Source: Phycisphaerales bacterium (GTDB lineage: Bacteria > Planctomycetota > Phycisphaerae > WQYP01). Taken from it: a stretch of DNA of 64,000 nucleotides. Within the stretch, counting starts at the first letter, position 1, and each line of letters opens with the position of its first letter. The notes below the pieces were generated by a model, which worked only from the letters and a program-made list of their open reading frames with translations, did not search any database and was not told where the DNA came from. The translations under genes were made by a program, and so were the position numbers. The stretch covers positions 36,333 to 100,332 of the forward strand of contig DAIDJN010000054.1 in assembly GCA_027451365.1 (NCBI GenBank). The letters run 5' to 3'. Positions 19,924 to 31,839 of the stretch are shown here, in pieces.

Positions 19924-20734
19924 GATGGCTCCTTTGCGTACAAGCGGTTGGATTGTAAAGCCCGATTGTTCACAATCAGGCAGTAAATATATCTGTAATA
20001 GTCAATAGTTTCTCTTCGCGCCCGCGTGATTGCCCTGATTTCCGATGGGCATCTGATTGCCGGCAAGGAGCCGTATGATGCTGGTTAAAAATCAGGGTGA
20101 ATCGTTCCAGGCAATTTCGGGTCAGTTGCGGCCATACAGGCAGATCTGCGGAGTTCCGCCGAGGTGAATGCCAGGCCCACGACACAAACCGCGGGGCCGC
20201 CGATTTGCACGGGCCATTGCCCGAACATTCTGTGCGATCAGACAGGAACCAACCTGTGCCGGCGGCAAACATCACTGCTGCTCTCCAAGGTCATTGCGGG
20301 AGTCGCAACCGGGTTTCGACCGTACCATTCCGTGGCAGATATGACGAATTGATTTTGAGATAACTGCTCTCAACACCCATTATTCTCATATTTCCAATGT
20401 TCCGCGTGTTTCCGGTTGCACCAAATACCGCAACGAACTGTGGCCAGTTTAACCCTCACCGCAGACTTTGTCAAAAACAATCCTAGATAACTGGATGGCT
20501 TCAGATATTTGACCGCTTGCCTGCGGCCCATTTTGGGGCGATTCGCCACGCCCCCGACGGCTTGCCGGCACACCGGGCGGATTCGGAATCTGGCAAGGTC
20601 ACCGTTGGGCGTGCGGAAGTATGCCCTGGCTGGAAACCGCCGAGGTCCGGAAGGCCGCAATTGACCGATGGTACGCAGACCGGGGGCGGCCAGTTTTGCG
20701 GGCCGCAGCCCGTCTGGTAAACTGAAAAGCGAAA

Positions 20735-21406
20735 ATGACCGACCGATCGCCTGCTGCTGAATTCCATGCAATCAAACCCGTCATAGGTTTGACCGGCGGA
20801 ATCGGCGCGGGAAAGTCTGCCGTGGCCCAGGCATTTGGCCAGATTGGCTGTGCGATTATTGATTCGGACCGTCTGGCCCATGAAGCAATTGATGAGCCAA
20901 TAAATATTGCGCAATTGCGAAACTGGTGGGGAGATGCCATTTTGACGACCGGCGGGCGGGTAAACCGTGCGGCGGTCGGACGAATTGTATTTGCCGACCA
21001 TGCGCAATTGCAACGATTAAACGGACTGTTGCACCCGGTGGTGCTGGAGAAGAGAAAAATTCTTGTGCGAAAATACCAGTTGCAGTCGCAAATTCAGGCG
21101 ATCATAATGGATACGCCATTGCTTTTGGAAAATGGCCTGCAAACTGAATGCGACGCAGTTGTTTTCGTAAATGCGTCAGATAGTGTTCGATTCAGTCGTG
21201 TGCAGGCGGCCCGCGGCTGGAATGCCGAGCAGTTGCGGGCACGGGAAAAAAATCAACTGTCGCTGGACATAAAACGCAAAATGGCGCAATATGTTATTGA
21301 AAATGATGGTGATCCGTCGGCCACCCTCATCCAAGTCCGCCAGACGCTTGATCAGATTTTATCCAGGTTTAAGCGGTTGCGGATTTCGCCTGAAACGTTG
21401 CACTGA
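20735..21406 (+). CDS. coaE: Dephospho-CoA kinase
   Basis: IGLTGGIGAGKS, IDSD, LLHP and DTPLLLE motifs. Confidence 0.95.
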   Translation: MTDRSPAAEFHAIKPVIGLTGGIGAGKSAVAQAFGQIGCAIIDSDRLAHEAIDEPINIAQLRNWWGDAILTTGGRVNRAAVGRIVFADHAQLQRLNGLLHPVVLEKRKILVRKYQLQSQIQAIIMDTPLLLENGLQTECDAVVFVNASDSVRFSRVQAARGWNAEQLRAREKNQLSLDIKRKMAQYVIENDGDPSATLIQVRQTLDQILSRFKRLRISPETLH

Positions 21407-21927
21407 TTCCAATTGAAATGGTGGTAACGCGAGAAAACAGTTGGGCTGAAACATTTCAGCGGAAATGCGAAAAGTCGTTTTGCATATGCAGGTGACCGTC
21501 GACAGCCAGCGGCTGCGGTATTAAGTGGTTGTCGATACTGCAAAACGTGCTCTTGCCAATTGGTGAATGGTTTGCTACTATACTGCACGGGTTGAGCGAG
21601 AACCAAGCCATGCAGCCCTTGGGTTTCCCAAAATGTATCGGTAAAGAATTCATTTGAAGTTCTATTTGAGTTCTAAAGGGTTTGCCCGGTTTTGACCGAT
21701 AATTGAGTCAGGTGAAGCAACCCTTTGTTTGACTCCAGACGGCCACAGCGGCCGAAAAGGCGTTATTCAGCAGCAATCACACTTGTCACATAAACATTCC
21801 CAGGTCGAAGGCACTGTGCAATTGACCTGTCTTATTGGATTCCCGGACGGTTGTTTCACTTTTCCGCCGGGTGAATGGGTTTTCCCCATAACATTTGCCG
21901 CAAAAGTATTTAACAGGAGGCCATATC

Positions 21928-23472
21928 ATGGCACGTACCACAAAAAAGAAAGCAGCTCCCGCACCCGTTGAGGAAGCACCAGCCAGCGCGACCGAAGTGC
22001 TTGAAGCCCCCGATTCCGCACAAACCGCCGTCGAAGAACCTGCCGCTAAAGCCGAAGCGGCTGCGACACCCGCGGCTGAAGTTGACGGCAACCGAATCCC
22101 CGGCATGATGGATGAAGCCCTGATCGGCTCGGCGATGGTCGGTGCCGGACCGATAGAGGAAGATGAGATCATCTACGATGAAGAGACACATCAGAAATAT
22201 GAACAGGTGAAACGCAGCGAATTGCACCTGATTGACCTGCAGAAGATGACGGTTTCCGAGTTGCACGAAATTTGCAAAAAGGAAGTCATTGAAGACTATA
22301 TTGGTCTTAAAAAACAGGACCTTATCTTCAAGATTCTTAAGAAACGCATCACCGATAACGGCATGATGGTGGGTGAAGGCGTTCTGGAAATTCTGCCCGA
22401 CGGCTTCGGCTTTCTGCGGTCGCCGGAATACAACTATATCCCGTGCCCGGATGATATTTACGTATCTCCTTCACAGATCCGCCGCTTTGGTCTGCGGAAC
22501 GGCAACATAATTACCGGGCAGATCCGTCCTCCCAAGGAATCGGAACGTTATTTCGCGCTTCTGCGGGTGGAAGCCATCAATTTTGAAGACCCCAATATGC
22601 TCACCGAAAAGGTGAACTTTGAAGACTTAACGCCACTGCACCCCAACAAACGGTTTTTCCTGGAAACGACGCCGGAAGAAATCAACATGCGCATTGTGGA
22701 TATTGTCACACCTATCGGCAAAGGCCAGCGCATGCTGATTGTCGCGCCACCGCGGACAGGCAAAACTGTGCTGCTGCAGAAAATCGCCAATGCCATCAGC
22801 ACCAATCATCCGGAAGTTTATCTTATTATATTGCTGATCGACGAACGGCCTGAAGAAGTGACCGAAATGCAACGCGCCACCAAGGCGGAAGTGGTCAGCT
22901 CCACGTTTGATGAACCGGCCAGCCGCCATGTCAGCGTGGCGGAAACCGTTATTGAAAAAGCCAAGCGGCTGGTGGAATATGGCCGCGATGTGGTGATTCT
23001 GCTGGACTCGATTACCCGTCTGGCCCGCGCGTACAACACGGAAGTGCCTCATTCAGGTAAAATCCTGACCGGTGGCGTGGACGCCAACGCCTTGCAGAAA
23101 CCGAAGCGATTTTTCGGTGCGGCCCGCAATATTGAAGAAGGCGGTTCGCTTACCATTATCGGCACCGCTCTGGTGGACACCGGTTCAAAAATGGACGAAG
23201 TCATCTTTGAAGAATTCAAAGGTACCGGCAACAGCGAACTGCATCTGGATCGCCGCCTCGTCGAACGGCGTACCTATCCGGCCATCAATATCGCGGCAAG
23301 CGGAACCCGTAAAGAGGAACTGCTGCTGGATAAACGAGAACTGGAGCTGATTTACCGTCTGCGCAAAGTCCTTTCGGACATGAACGCGATTGAAGCGGTT
23401 GAACTGCTGAAAAACCGGTTGGAGAAAAAAGGCACCAACCGCGAATTTCTGCTTACGATGAATCTGGATTAA
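21928..23472 (+). CDS. rho: Transcription termination factor Rho
   Basis: [39 protein letters not shown] and EEFKGTGN motifs; AGGAGG RBS before ATG 21928. Confidence 0.99.
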   Translation: MARTTKKKAAPAPVEEAPASATEVLEAPDSAQTAVEEPAAKAEAAATPAAEVDGNRIPGMMDEALIGSAMVGAGPIEEDEIIYDEETHQKYEQVKRSELHLIDLQKMTVSELHEICKKEVIEDYIGLKKQDLIFKILKKRITDNGMMVGEGVLEILPDGFGFLRSPEYNYIPCPDDIYVSPSQIRRFGLRNGNIITGQIRPPKESERYFALLRVEAINFEDPNMLTEKVNFEDLTPLHPNKRFFLETTPEEINMRIVDIVTPIGKGQRMLIVAPPRTGKTVLLQKIANAISTNHPEVYLIILLIDERPEEVTEMQRATKAEVVSSTFDEPASRHVSVAETVIEKAKRLVEYGRDVVILLDSITRLARAYNTEVPHSGKILTGGVDANALQKPKRFFGAARNIEEGGSLTIIGTALVDTGSKMDEVIFEEFKGTGNSELHLDRRLVERRTYPAINIAASGTRKEELLLDKRELELIYRLRKVLSDMNAIEAVELLKNRLEKKGTNREFLLTMNLD

Positions 23473-23557
23473 CCGCTACGCGGCATTGACGGCGTGGCGA
23501 ATATTTTCGGGAAGTCAGGGTATTATTTAGCGGCTGGCAAAAAGCGGCAGATTTGCG

Positions 23558-24754
23558 ATGATGACCAAAGCGAACACCCAATCGCCGCCTGTTTACAGCG
23601 CCGCACCCGGTCGCACGGGTAAGCCCGTTGTCCTTTGGCTTCAGCCCGGCCCCGAACACTATTTTGTGGCCATGCTGGACAAACTCAACACCATGTCGGG
23701 ATCGGTTCGCTTTCACGCGCTTTACCTGAACGATGAAAAGCCAAATTCAGCTCCGCAACTCGTGCTGAAACATACGCCTGCCACTTTTGTCGGATCGCGG
23801 AGGGCGTCAAACGGAATCGCCGCCCGGTCCGTGCTGGACGCAATCAGTTTTGATGCCGCCATTGTTGGCGGATACAACACCGCCTTTCGCCGCGCGGCAA
23901 TTCGATATTGCGGTACCCGTGGACTGCCCGTGGTCATGTTTGCCGACAGCAATTTGCGATCCGACCGGGGAACCGCAATAAAAACAAAACTCAAACGGCT
24001 GGTCAAGCATCTTTACCTGCGGCGACTCTGCCGTTCTTTGGATGCGATTGTGCCATGCAACCGGCTCGGAATTGCTTATTGGCGCTATTATGGCGCCCAA
24101 CCGCGGCAGATTCACAGAAGTACCTATTTCTGCAGCCTGCCGGATCTTGCCGCTGCCGAACAGACCAGTCGCGCCCGCGTACTGGAACGCTATCAGATTC
24201 CCATCAACAGTCGCGTGCTGTTTACCGCCGCGCGGCTGGTGCCGGTGAAGGCCTTGCATCTGATGATTCAGGCATTTACCGAAGCGAAGTTCGGAGATAA
24301 AGGCTGGATTTGGTTGATCGCCGGTTCCGGGCCATTGCGCGATGAACTGACAGCCGCCGCAAAAAGGGCGGCCGGAGACCGCATACGCTTTCTGGGATTT
24401 GTACCACCCGAGGATGTCAAGGCCCTGGCGCGGCACAGCGAGCTTTTCGTACTGCCATCCATTTATGAGCCTCACGGAATTGTCGTACCCGAAGCGCTGG
24501 CCGTGGGAACTCCAGTGATTGCATCCGACATATGCGGTGCGGCACATGATCTGGTGGAGGAAGGAAAGACCGGCTGGATTTTCAAAAACGGATCGGTGCA
24601 AAGCCTTCGCGAAAAACTGGTGCTCGCAACAGATAATCTGGAGGGGTTGGCCGCGATGCGGCCCGCGTGCCGTGCCAGGTTTCTGGCCTGGTACGAACGC
24701 TTCGGCCCCGAGCATGTCTTCCCCGAACTTCTGCGTCGGCTTCTAATCCGTTAG
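23558..24754 (+). CDS. GT4 family glycosyltransferase
   Basis: ARLVPVK, AGSGPLR and FVLPSIYEPHGIVVPEALAVGTPVIAS motifs. Confidence 0.92.
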   Translation: MMTKANTQSPPVYSAAPGRTGKPVVLWLQPGPEHYFVAMLDKLNTMSGSVRFHALYLNDEKPNSAPQLVLKHTPATFVGSRRASNGIAARSVLDAISFDAAIVGGYNTAFRRAAIRYCGTRGLPVVMFADSNLRSDRGTAIKTKLKRLVKHLYLRRLCRSLDAIVPCNRLGIAYWRYYGAQPRQIHRSTYFCSLPDLAAAEQTSRARVLERYQIPINSRVLFTAARLVPVKALHLMIQAFTEAKFGDKGWIWLIAGSGPLRDELTAAAKRAAGDRIRFLGFVPPEDVKALARHSELFVLPSIYEPHGIVVPEALAVGTPVIASDICGAAHDLVEEGKTGWIFKNGSVQSLREKLVLATDNLEGLAAMRPACRARFLAWYERFGPEHVFPELLRRLLIR

Positions 24755-24815
24755 CCACAACCGATGCAATTGGCCCAACCGGGCCGCCTGCCAAACCCAA
24801 TCTGTCGCGTGTCGG

Positions 24816-27116
24816 CTATTTCGCCGTCAGTCGGACAAACAGTCGGCCGTTGGTGGCTGTTGGCGAAATCACACCGCGCTGACGGACATCCGGAACAGGA
24901 ATGGCCCGCCGCACATCCGGAACAAACAGTCGGGTCAGTCGAATATGAAAAATGCCGGTGGTGCGGTTAAAGGTTTCAGAAAATACGCGGCACATTCTGG
25001 CCGCCAGGACTTTCGGCTTGCTTTTGGCATACCCGCTGAGGGTCACACTGGTCTCCTGCGGTGCGGTATTCACCAGAACATCCATGGCCTGTTTGCCGGA
25101 ATGAACCATGGCGATGCGTTGTTGACTCATGGAGGCAAACAACGATGTATCGCCCAGCAACGCGATCCCGCAGGGCAACACCGGCGATATAACATCATAT
25201 TGCCATCCCGAACGCTTCAGTTGTTCGCGAATCTGAAGACCACCCGCGGCCAAATGCCCTGTCTGCTTAAACCAGTTGTAGACAAAAACCGGCCCGGTAC
25301 CCGGCAGTTGAACCGGACAGGTCGCACCGTCTGATTTTCGTCGATACATAAATAGATAATAAACCCTGTCTCCGGCATCGGAATATGTGGTTGCAACCAG
25401 CGGAAGGTGTTTATCCGCGGCATCCGCCAGAATGGTTTGGTCGGTCACCACCAGTGGCATATCGGGTTTCACGATCAGGCCGTCGGGCAGCACAGCGCGG
25501 AGCACGTTTTTTCTGGAGGATTTTCCAATGGGGTCTCCCACGCCCACCGGCCCTCCGGACAGCACTGCCAACAGCATGTTGCCGGTTTGCGGACTGTTAA
25601 ATACATCCACCCATGGCCAAATGCCCAGCGCCCTGGCATAGGCGGAAGTGTAAAGGTCATGACTCCACCGCGCCGGCATAAAATGGTCGTCGCTGACCCG
25701 GATGGAAGTCAGATTTGCATAACGCGCCCCCTGCAGAAAGAAACGGGCCGTGGGCATGCAATACTGCATGTCGATGCCCTGTTTTGCCATGGCGGCCGCC
25801 ATGTAACCGGTGAATGCGTCGCCGGCCCATAACGTATTGCCGAGTTTCGGAGAGGCCTTGTAAATATCGTTCAGCCAGTCCTGTTCAAATAAATGTACGC
25901 CGTTTCTATGCAGATATGCGGCCACATGATTCCAATAGCGCGGATCGATCGCCGCAATTCCCGATATTTTATAAATCCGATGGTAAGGACTCCGATGCGC
26001 AATCCAGCGGCAATGCACGCCCAGCGGAGTTCTGTCAATGGATCGGTCAAACCCGGCCAAACCCTGGGGAAAAAGCTCCTTTGCGGCATGATAACGGTAG
26101 ATGCCTCCATACACATTCCAGCTTTGCGCCGGCAGCCGCGGATTCATCGCCCGCAATTTTCCCCCATTGAAATAATGGTCTGATTTCGGGTACCACCAAC
26201 TGTCCAGTTGCATGTAATGCAGGGGAACGATATGTTTTTTGAAATAAGTGTACACCTTGTCCAGCGTGCCGGTGTAGCCGATCTTTGTATCATAATTATA
26301 GTAATACGTTGCGCCGTTGTCGGTCCAATAGCCAAAATATTTCAGGAAGACATCCGCCTGATTCCCCGGCCGTTTGACGCCGCGGATTTTATTCAGGTCC
26401 CGTCCCCATTTATCCAGTGTGTTTTCAATGCCGTGGCCGGCCACCAGAAGCGTGCGATGTTTAAAGCCCGCCGGCACTGTTTTAATGCCGGGGTTTAATT
26501 CATCCGCCGCCAGTTTGATGCCGTTTCCGGTCATTTGCGAAACCATATCGCAAGAACCGGGCGACATGATCCATGTCATACGTTTCGCGTTAAAAAATAT
26601 CCAAGGCGTACTGGTCTGGGCCAGTTGAAAAGTATGCGGCGTCATGACGCGGTTGGCGTAGCTGAAATGGTATTTCATGACCGGCAGGCGGGTCAGTTGC
26701 GGAAAAATGGCATTCACCGCGGGTGTCGGGGTGCTGGTTCGCACCGAGAAAAGCACGCAGGGATTGCCTTTATAACTACGAATGGAACCGAACAGAGTGG
26801 CCGCATTCTGATGCCATTGAAATGTGGTGGACCGGTATTGGCCCAGACCATCGGAGCCGGTGGCAACAGCCACGTGCTCGGCCGGGCCTGGCAACGTCCC
26901 GCCAAAGACCATATCCGCATCCGGAAACCGGATGGTATAGGTTCCGGTTGCAGCCTGAATGCGGACGTGCGCGCCAGCCGCGGGGGCCGCCTGAACCGGA
27001 TGAATGGCGCCCGCAAAACAGGCCATAATTGCCAGAACACCGGCGCGGCTGATTTGCGGAATGCCGTTGCGTTGTGCGCCAGCCGAATGCTTCCACCTGA
27101 GAATCGCCATGGTCAT
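24816..27116 (-). CDS. Secreted glycoside hydrolase (clan GH-D/raffinose-synthase-like)
   Basis: Signal peptide; GYWTDNG, YMQLDSWWY, FEQDWL, QYCMP, IRVSDDH and LSGGPVGVGD motifs. Confidence 0.65.
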   Translation of the reverse strand: MTMAILRWKHSAGAQRNGIPQISRAGVLAIMACFAGAIHPVQAAPAAGAHVRIQAATGTYTIRFPDADMVFGGTLPGPAEHVAVATGSDGLGQYRSTTFQWHQNAATLFGSIRSYKGNPCVLFSVRTSTPTPAVNAIFPQLTRLPVMKYHFSYANRVMTPHTFQLAQTSTPWIFFNAKRMTWIMSPGSCDMVSQMTGNGIKLAADELNPGIKTVPAGFKHRTLLVAGHGIENTLDKWGRDLNKIRGVKRPGNQADVFLKYFGYWTDNGATYYYNYDTKIGYTGTLDKVYTYFKKHIVPLHYMQLDSWWYPKSDHYFNGGKLRAMNPRLPAQSWNVYGGIYRYHAAKELFPQGLAGFDRSIDRTPLGVHCRWIAHRSPYHRIYKISGIAAIDPRYWNHVAAYLHRNGVHLFEQDWLNDIYKASPKLGNTLWAGDAFTGYMAAAMAKQGIDMQYCMPTARFFLQGARYANLTSIRVSDDHFMPARWSHDLYTSAYARALGIWPWVDVFNSPQTGNMLLAVLSGGPVGVGDPIGKSSRKNVLRAVLPDGLIVKPDMPLVVTDQTILADAADKHLPLVATTYSDAGDRVYYLFMYRRKSDGATCPVQLPGTGPVFVYNWFKQTGHLAAGGLQIREQLKRSGWQYDVISPVLPCGIALLGDTSLFASMSQQRIAMVHSGKQAMDVLVNTAPQETSVTLSGYAKSKPKVLAARMCRVFSETFNRTTGIFHIRLTRLFVPDVRRAIPVPDVRQRGVISPTATNGRLFVRLTAK

Positions 27117-27297
27117 CCGCCCTTTTTCTTCTGATGTTTATATCCGACTGTGGTCAGAACGGATATAAATCGTAAACGGGATTGAATTTGCGGGCAAACC
27201 AGCACAGACCGGGCGGGCGGGCGAATATCTGGCTCGGCACGCGAATGCCATTTGTGACGGATCGGTCGACCGTCCCGATGCGGCAATGCAATCCGCC

Positions 27298-30200
27298 TTA
27301 CGCAGCTGTTGTGTGTGCGTCGGCGGCCGCCGGTGTCGCCGAACGGTTGTCAAACCGCACGGCCACGCGCTTGCTGACACCTTGTTCCTGCATGGTGACG
27401 CCATACAACAGATTGGCCACCGCCATCATCCGTTTGTTGTGGGTAATAACCACAAACTGGCTGTGTGCGTTGAATTCCTGAACAATGGCGGCAAAGCGGC
27501 CGGTGTTGGATTCATCCAGGGGTGCGTCGACTTCGTCCAGAATACAGAATGGCGATGGTTTGCTTTTGAAAATGGACATGACCAGGGCAATCGCGGTCAT
27601 TGCTTTTTCACCACCGGACAGAAGGCTGATGGATTGCAATTCCTTGCCCGGAGGCCGCGCCATGATATCAATGCCCGATTCCAGAATATCCTCCGGATTT
27701 TCCAGCACCACATCCGCTTTGCCACCACCAAACAGCTTGCGGAACATTTCCTGGAATTCCGCTCGGATGGCGTTAAATGTTTCCTGGAAGCGGCTGCGGG
27801 AATCGTCATCAATTTTGCCGATCAGTTCCTCAAGTTGCCGCTTGGCCTCCACAATATCCGCGATCTGGGCCGTCAGGAATTTCTGCCGTTCTTCCAACTG
27901 TCCCAGTTCATTGATCGCATCTAGATTCACATTCCCCAGCCGGGCCATGCGGCCGCGCAAATCATCAATTTCCGCCGCCATGGCCGCAAAATCAACATTT
28001 TCCGGCGGCGTGTAATCCTTGTGCAATTCCACCAGGTTTACGCCGGTTTCCTCAGCGGACCGTTCCACCAGCGTCTCCAGCCGCACGCTTAATTCATTTT
28101 CGGATAATGACAAGGCATGTTCCTGCTGGGCCAGCGCGTCAACTTCCTTTTGTCGATCGCCCAGATCCTGATTGATTTGTTGATGGTCCTGCCGCAGCGC
28201 GGCAAGACGCTGTGAATTTTCCCGCACATTCTCCTGCGCGGTTTCCAGCAGGCCCGCGGCATGGGCGGCCTTTTCCTGATGGCTTTGCGCGGCGCGCTGC
28301 GCCTCGCCGATTCTGTTTTCCACGGCGGCCATATCATCGGTCAGGCGCGTCAACTGCGATTGTGCGTCACGGTGTATCTGTTGCACCTGTGCCAGTTCGC
28401 GCGCGGTGGCCGCCCGCTGTTCCTGGGCCTGCCCCAGCGATACGCGCAACTTTGTGGTCTGTTCGGAAAGTTCCGCCAGAGCTTCGCGGCGGCGCTGCAG
28501 CTCGCCAAGGCGTTCCTGCACGGATTGCTCAAGTGTCTTAAGAGCCTGTTCGCTCCCCGTGGTCTCATTCCTGAGGGTTTCGATGGCCTGGTCACACAGA
28601 GCGGCCTGCTTGTGCAGATGCTGCGTTTCATTCTGAATCAGCGGCTGTTCGCCACGAAGTTTATCGATCTGTCCGCTGGTCTGCTGCCACTGGGCGTTGG
28701 CCTGCGCGTGGGCGGTCTGAGTGTGGAACAGTTCGTCGCGCAACGTCTGCTGTCTGGCGCCAAGCTGCTGCGACTGCTGGTCACATTCGGCACCGCGCCC
28801 GGTAAGTTCTGTAATCTGGGCCTCGGTATCGGCTATTTCCGCGGCCAGGCGGGTTAATTCACCGCGGCGGGTAATGGTGCCGACTTTGCGCGATCCATCT
28901 CCCAGCTCCAGAGATCCGTCCGTGTTCAGCACCTCGCCGGCACGGGTGACATAGCGGTAATGCCGTGGCCCACTGCGTTGTGCGGTCAGCGCCTGTTCCA
29001 GTGTATCCACCACCAGCGTGCGGCCCAGCAGCCGCAAAACCAGCGGCGCAACGGCGGGTTGATAACGAATAAGATCAATTGCCCGCACGCCAGCCAGATT
29101 TGCCGCCGTATCATCGGCGTCTTCGCGGTAGGGTGCCAGTTGATCCAGACAAATCACGCGCGTGCGACCGGCAATTTGCCGCCAGGCACCTGATTCCGCG
29201 CACAACTGGTCGGCGGATTCAACCATGATCGCGGTCAGCATATCGCCGAGTGCCGCTTCAATTAGCGGGGCGGTCTGCACGTCGGCGTCAATTAAATCTC
29301 CGACCATGCCTTTGACACATGCAAAACCCTGCCCGGCATCGCGCCGTTTGAATATTTCCTGCACCGGCTGGGCCACGCCCTCGCGCCGGCGTTCCAGATC
29401 GCGCAGCAGATTCTGGCGGCTGATCAGGGCACTGCGGTTTTCGCGCTGCCGCCCGAGTTGTTCCATCAGCTCGGCCATGCGCTGGTTGTTCGCCTGCTGT
29501 CGGGTGCGAATATCCTCTATCTCCCGCTGTTTTGCACCGGCGGTGGCGGCCAGTTCGTCGCGCTGGGCGGCCAGCTCCGCCACACGCGCTTCCTGCTGGG
29601 CCAACTGGGCTTGAAGTTCCGCGACACGCGCATCCAGCCGTTCAATCTGTTTATCTATGTTCTGGCGGGTAACGGTCTGGGCGTTCAGTTGGCTCTGGGC
29701 GCGGGCAATCTGCCGCATCAGATCCACCGCACGGGATTTGTCCTGTTCCACTTCGCGGTTAAGTTCCGCCATCTGCCGCGCTGCCTGTTCCTGCTGCCGC
29801 GCCTGACCGGCCAGCGCTTCCTGGCACTGGGCCGTATGTTGTTCCGCCGCGGCTTGCGCGGCGGTTTTCTGGCTTATCTGTTCCGTGGCCGCCGCCAGAC
29901 GCGCGGTCATTTCTCCGTGCCGCTGCTGGATTAATTCGCGCTGCTGGGCAAGCTGCTGGCCCTGTTCTCCCGCAAAGGCGGCCTGCTGCCGCAGCGATTG
30001 AAGCTGAGCCTGCAAGGCTGCCAGCTCGCGTTCAGCTTCGCGGGCGGTCTGCCCAACGGCATCTATTTCCAGTTGCAGTTCCTGCTGCCGCTGACGCGAT
30101 TCATCCAGCAGACGCCGCTGGTGCCCCAGTGTATCGGCGGCGTCTGCCCGCTGGGCACCCACGCGGGAAAGCTTTCCATGAAGCTGGTGATATTCATAAA

Positions 30201-30891
30201 GGCTGTGGCTGCGCCGCAAATCCGCAAGTTTTTCCGCATATTCCTGATAGCTGCGTGCCCGCCCGGCCTGCACCTTCACCGATCGCAATTGCCGTTCCAC
30301 TTCATCCAATACCAACTGGCTCTGCGCCAGATTCTGATCTGTCTTTTCCAGTTTGCGCAGAGTCTCTTTTTTCCGGGCTTTAAAACGTGAAACGCCGGCG
30401 GCTTCTTCGAAAATCTCCCGCCGCTCCTGGCTGTTGGAATCCAGCAATGCCGAAACGCGACCCTGTTCAATCAGCGAATAAGCATCCACACCAATGCCAG
30501 TGTCTAAAAACAGTTCGCGAATGTCTTTCAGTCGGGCCATCTGATTGTTCACCAGATATTCCGAGGTCAAGTCGCGGTACAGCCGCCGCGTTATTTTGAC
30601 TTCGTCGGCATCAATCGGCAAACGGCGGTCTTCGTTGCCAAACAGCAGCGAAACTTCGGCCATGCCCATCGGCTTTCGATTGCCCGAACCGTTGAAAATA
30701 ACATCCAGCATGGCCTCGCCGCGCAAGGACTTGGCTGACATTTCACCGAGTACCCATTTTACCGCGTCCACCACGTTGGATTTGCCGCAGCCGTTGGGAC
30801 CGACAATGCCTGTAATGCCCGAATCAAATTTGAATTCCGTAGGTTCAGCAAATGATTTGAACCCGGCAAGCTCCAGAGAAAGGAGTTTCAT
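27298..30891 (-). CDS. smc: Chromosome segregation protein SMC
   Basis: GFKSFA, GPNGCGKSN, coiled coils, hinge, LLSGGE and ILDEVDAPLD; GGAGG RBS before ATG 30891. Confidence 0.98.
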   Translation of the reverse strand: MKLLSLELAGFKSFAEPTEFKFDSGITGIVGPNGCGKSNVVDAVKWVLGEMSAKSLRGEAMLDVIFNGSGNRKPMGMAEVSLLFGNEDRRLPIDADEVKITRRLYRDLTSEYLVNNQMARLKDIRELFLDTGIGVDAYSLIEQGRVSALLDSNSQERREIFEEAAGVSRFKARKKETLRKLEKTDQNLAQSQLVLDEVERQLRSVKVQAGRARSYQEYAEKLADLRRSHSLYEYHQLHGKLSRVGAQRADAADTLGHQRRLLDESRQRQQELQLEIDAVGQTAREAERELAALQAQLQSLRQQAAFAGEQGQQLAQQRELIQQRHGEMTARLAAATEQISQKTAAQAAAEQHTAQCQEALAGQARQQEQAARQMAELNREVEQDKSRAVDLMRQIARAQSQLNAQTVTRQNIDKQIERLDARVAELQAQLAQQEARVAELAAQRDELAATAGAKQREIEDIRTRQQANNQRMAELMEQLGRQRENRSALISRQNLLRDLERRREGVAQPVQEIFKRRDAGQGFACVKGMVGDLIDADVQTAPLIEAALGDMLTAIMVESADQLCAESGAWRQIAGRTRVICLDQLAPYREDADDTAANLAGVRAIDLIRYQPAVAPLVLRLLGRTLVVDTLEQALTAQRSGPRHYRYVTRAGEVLNTDGSLELGDGSRKVGTITRRGELTRLAAEIADTEAQITELTGRGAECDQQSQQLGARQQTLRDELFHTQTAHAQANAQWQQTSGQIDKLRGEQPLIQNETQHLHKQAALCDQAIETLRNETTGSEQALKTLEQSVQERLGELQRRREALAELSEQTTKLRVSLGQAQEQRAATARELAQVQQIHRDAQSQLTRLTDDMAAVENRIGEAQRAAQSHQEKAAHAAGLLETAQENVRENSQRLAALRQDHQQINQDLGDRQKEVDALAQQEHALSLSENELSVRLETLVERSAEETGVNLVELHKDYTPPENVDFAAMAAEIDDLRGRMARLGNVNLDAINELGQLEERQKFLTAQIADIVEAKRQLEELIGKIDDDSRSRFQETFNAIRAEFQEMFRKLFGGGKADVVLENPEDILESGIDIMARPPGKELQSISLLSGGEKAMTAIALVMSIFKSKPSPFCILDEVDAPLDESNTGRFAAIVQEFNAHSQFVVITHNKRMMAVANLLYGVTMQEQGVSKRVAVRFDNRSATPAAADAHTTAA

Positions 30892-31172
30892 GGGCCGGAC
30901 CTCCTTGCGGCAGTGGACATCCTTGAACTGCGAATTGGCTGTCGGGCTTTGTTGAAACCAATATATGAAGCCAGACATTCGCCAACGGCTTTACACAAGC
31001 CATTGAAACTACTGCCCGCAATAATACCAGATATAGCGCCGCGACTGCAAATAGGCCGCGTTTATTCGGCGCGCCAATTCCCAATGACAACGTCCGCGCG
31101 CCACCGGACGCCAAACGTTGTCTACGCGGCCGTCGGTTTAAAATTAATTTCGTCCAAAAGTGCTGCCGTATG

Positions 31173-31203
31173 GGAATAGGAGCATATTAGGAATAGGAGC
31201 ATA
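31173..31203. repeat. Direct repeat GGAATAGGAGCATA x2 (17-bp period) in the smc/trpG divergent intergenic region
   Basis: Copies at 31173-31186 and 31190-31203. Confidence 0.7.
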
Positions 31204-31839
31204 AATGAAATCCAGTTGATAGTTAACGGGAGAAGTTTTTAGAAAAATCAGGAGAAAACCATAGACGTTTCGCACAGACCACCATGGGCCGCCAGACAGG
31301 TGTATTGGTCCTATTGCTGCAATGTGAACCACCTGGAGAAACTGACCGGCGGCAATTCTGTGATGTTGGCGCTGCTCTGGCTGGCAGCCATTGGCGGAGG
31401 TTGTGGGGAATGGCGGTCAGGCCGGGCTTTTTGGAACTTTATGGTTTCCACAATTCCAGCGGTTTTATAGCTTGCTATCGCCGTTCGGCCGCGGCAGATA
31501 TGCCCTTTATGTACCCTGACAATCGCACAGCAATAGCCAACAGCGCAAAGTGAAAATCGGCATTTTGTAGTGCCGGTCTCCAAACCTGCCCGCATAAGGT
31601 CCGGCGCATCACTTTGGCTCGCCCAATTTCCTAAATATGTTGAGCAATTTCACTCAATAGAATGGTTGAAATCAATTCACGCCGGTTCAGTCCGCCTTTC
31701 GCGACTACCTGAATGCTTCGGCGGCCTGATGGCGGATATCCTGTCGAATTTAATCGGGAAATGATTCAGTCGATCCGCCTTGATCCTGGATGCGCCGCAC
31801 CCGCTTCACCCCCGGCCAATCGCGGGTATAATCCCTGCC

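Noticed and set aside
24884..24926. Short duplication encoding VPDVR twice at the C-terminus of the glycoside hydrolase
   Set aside because: It is a small in-frame local duplication with no evident wider significance.
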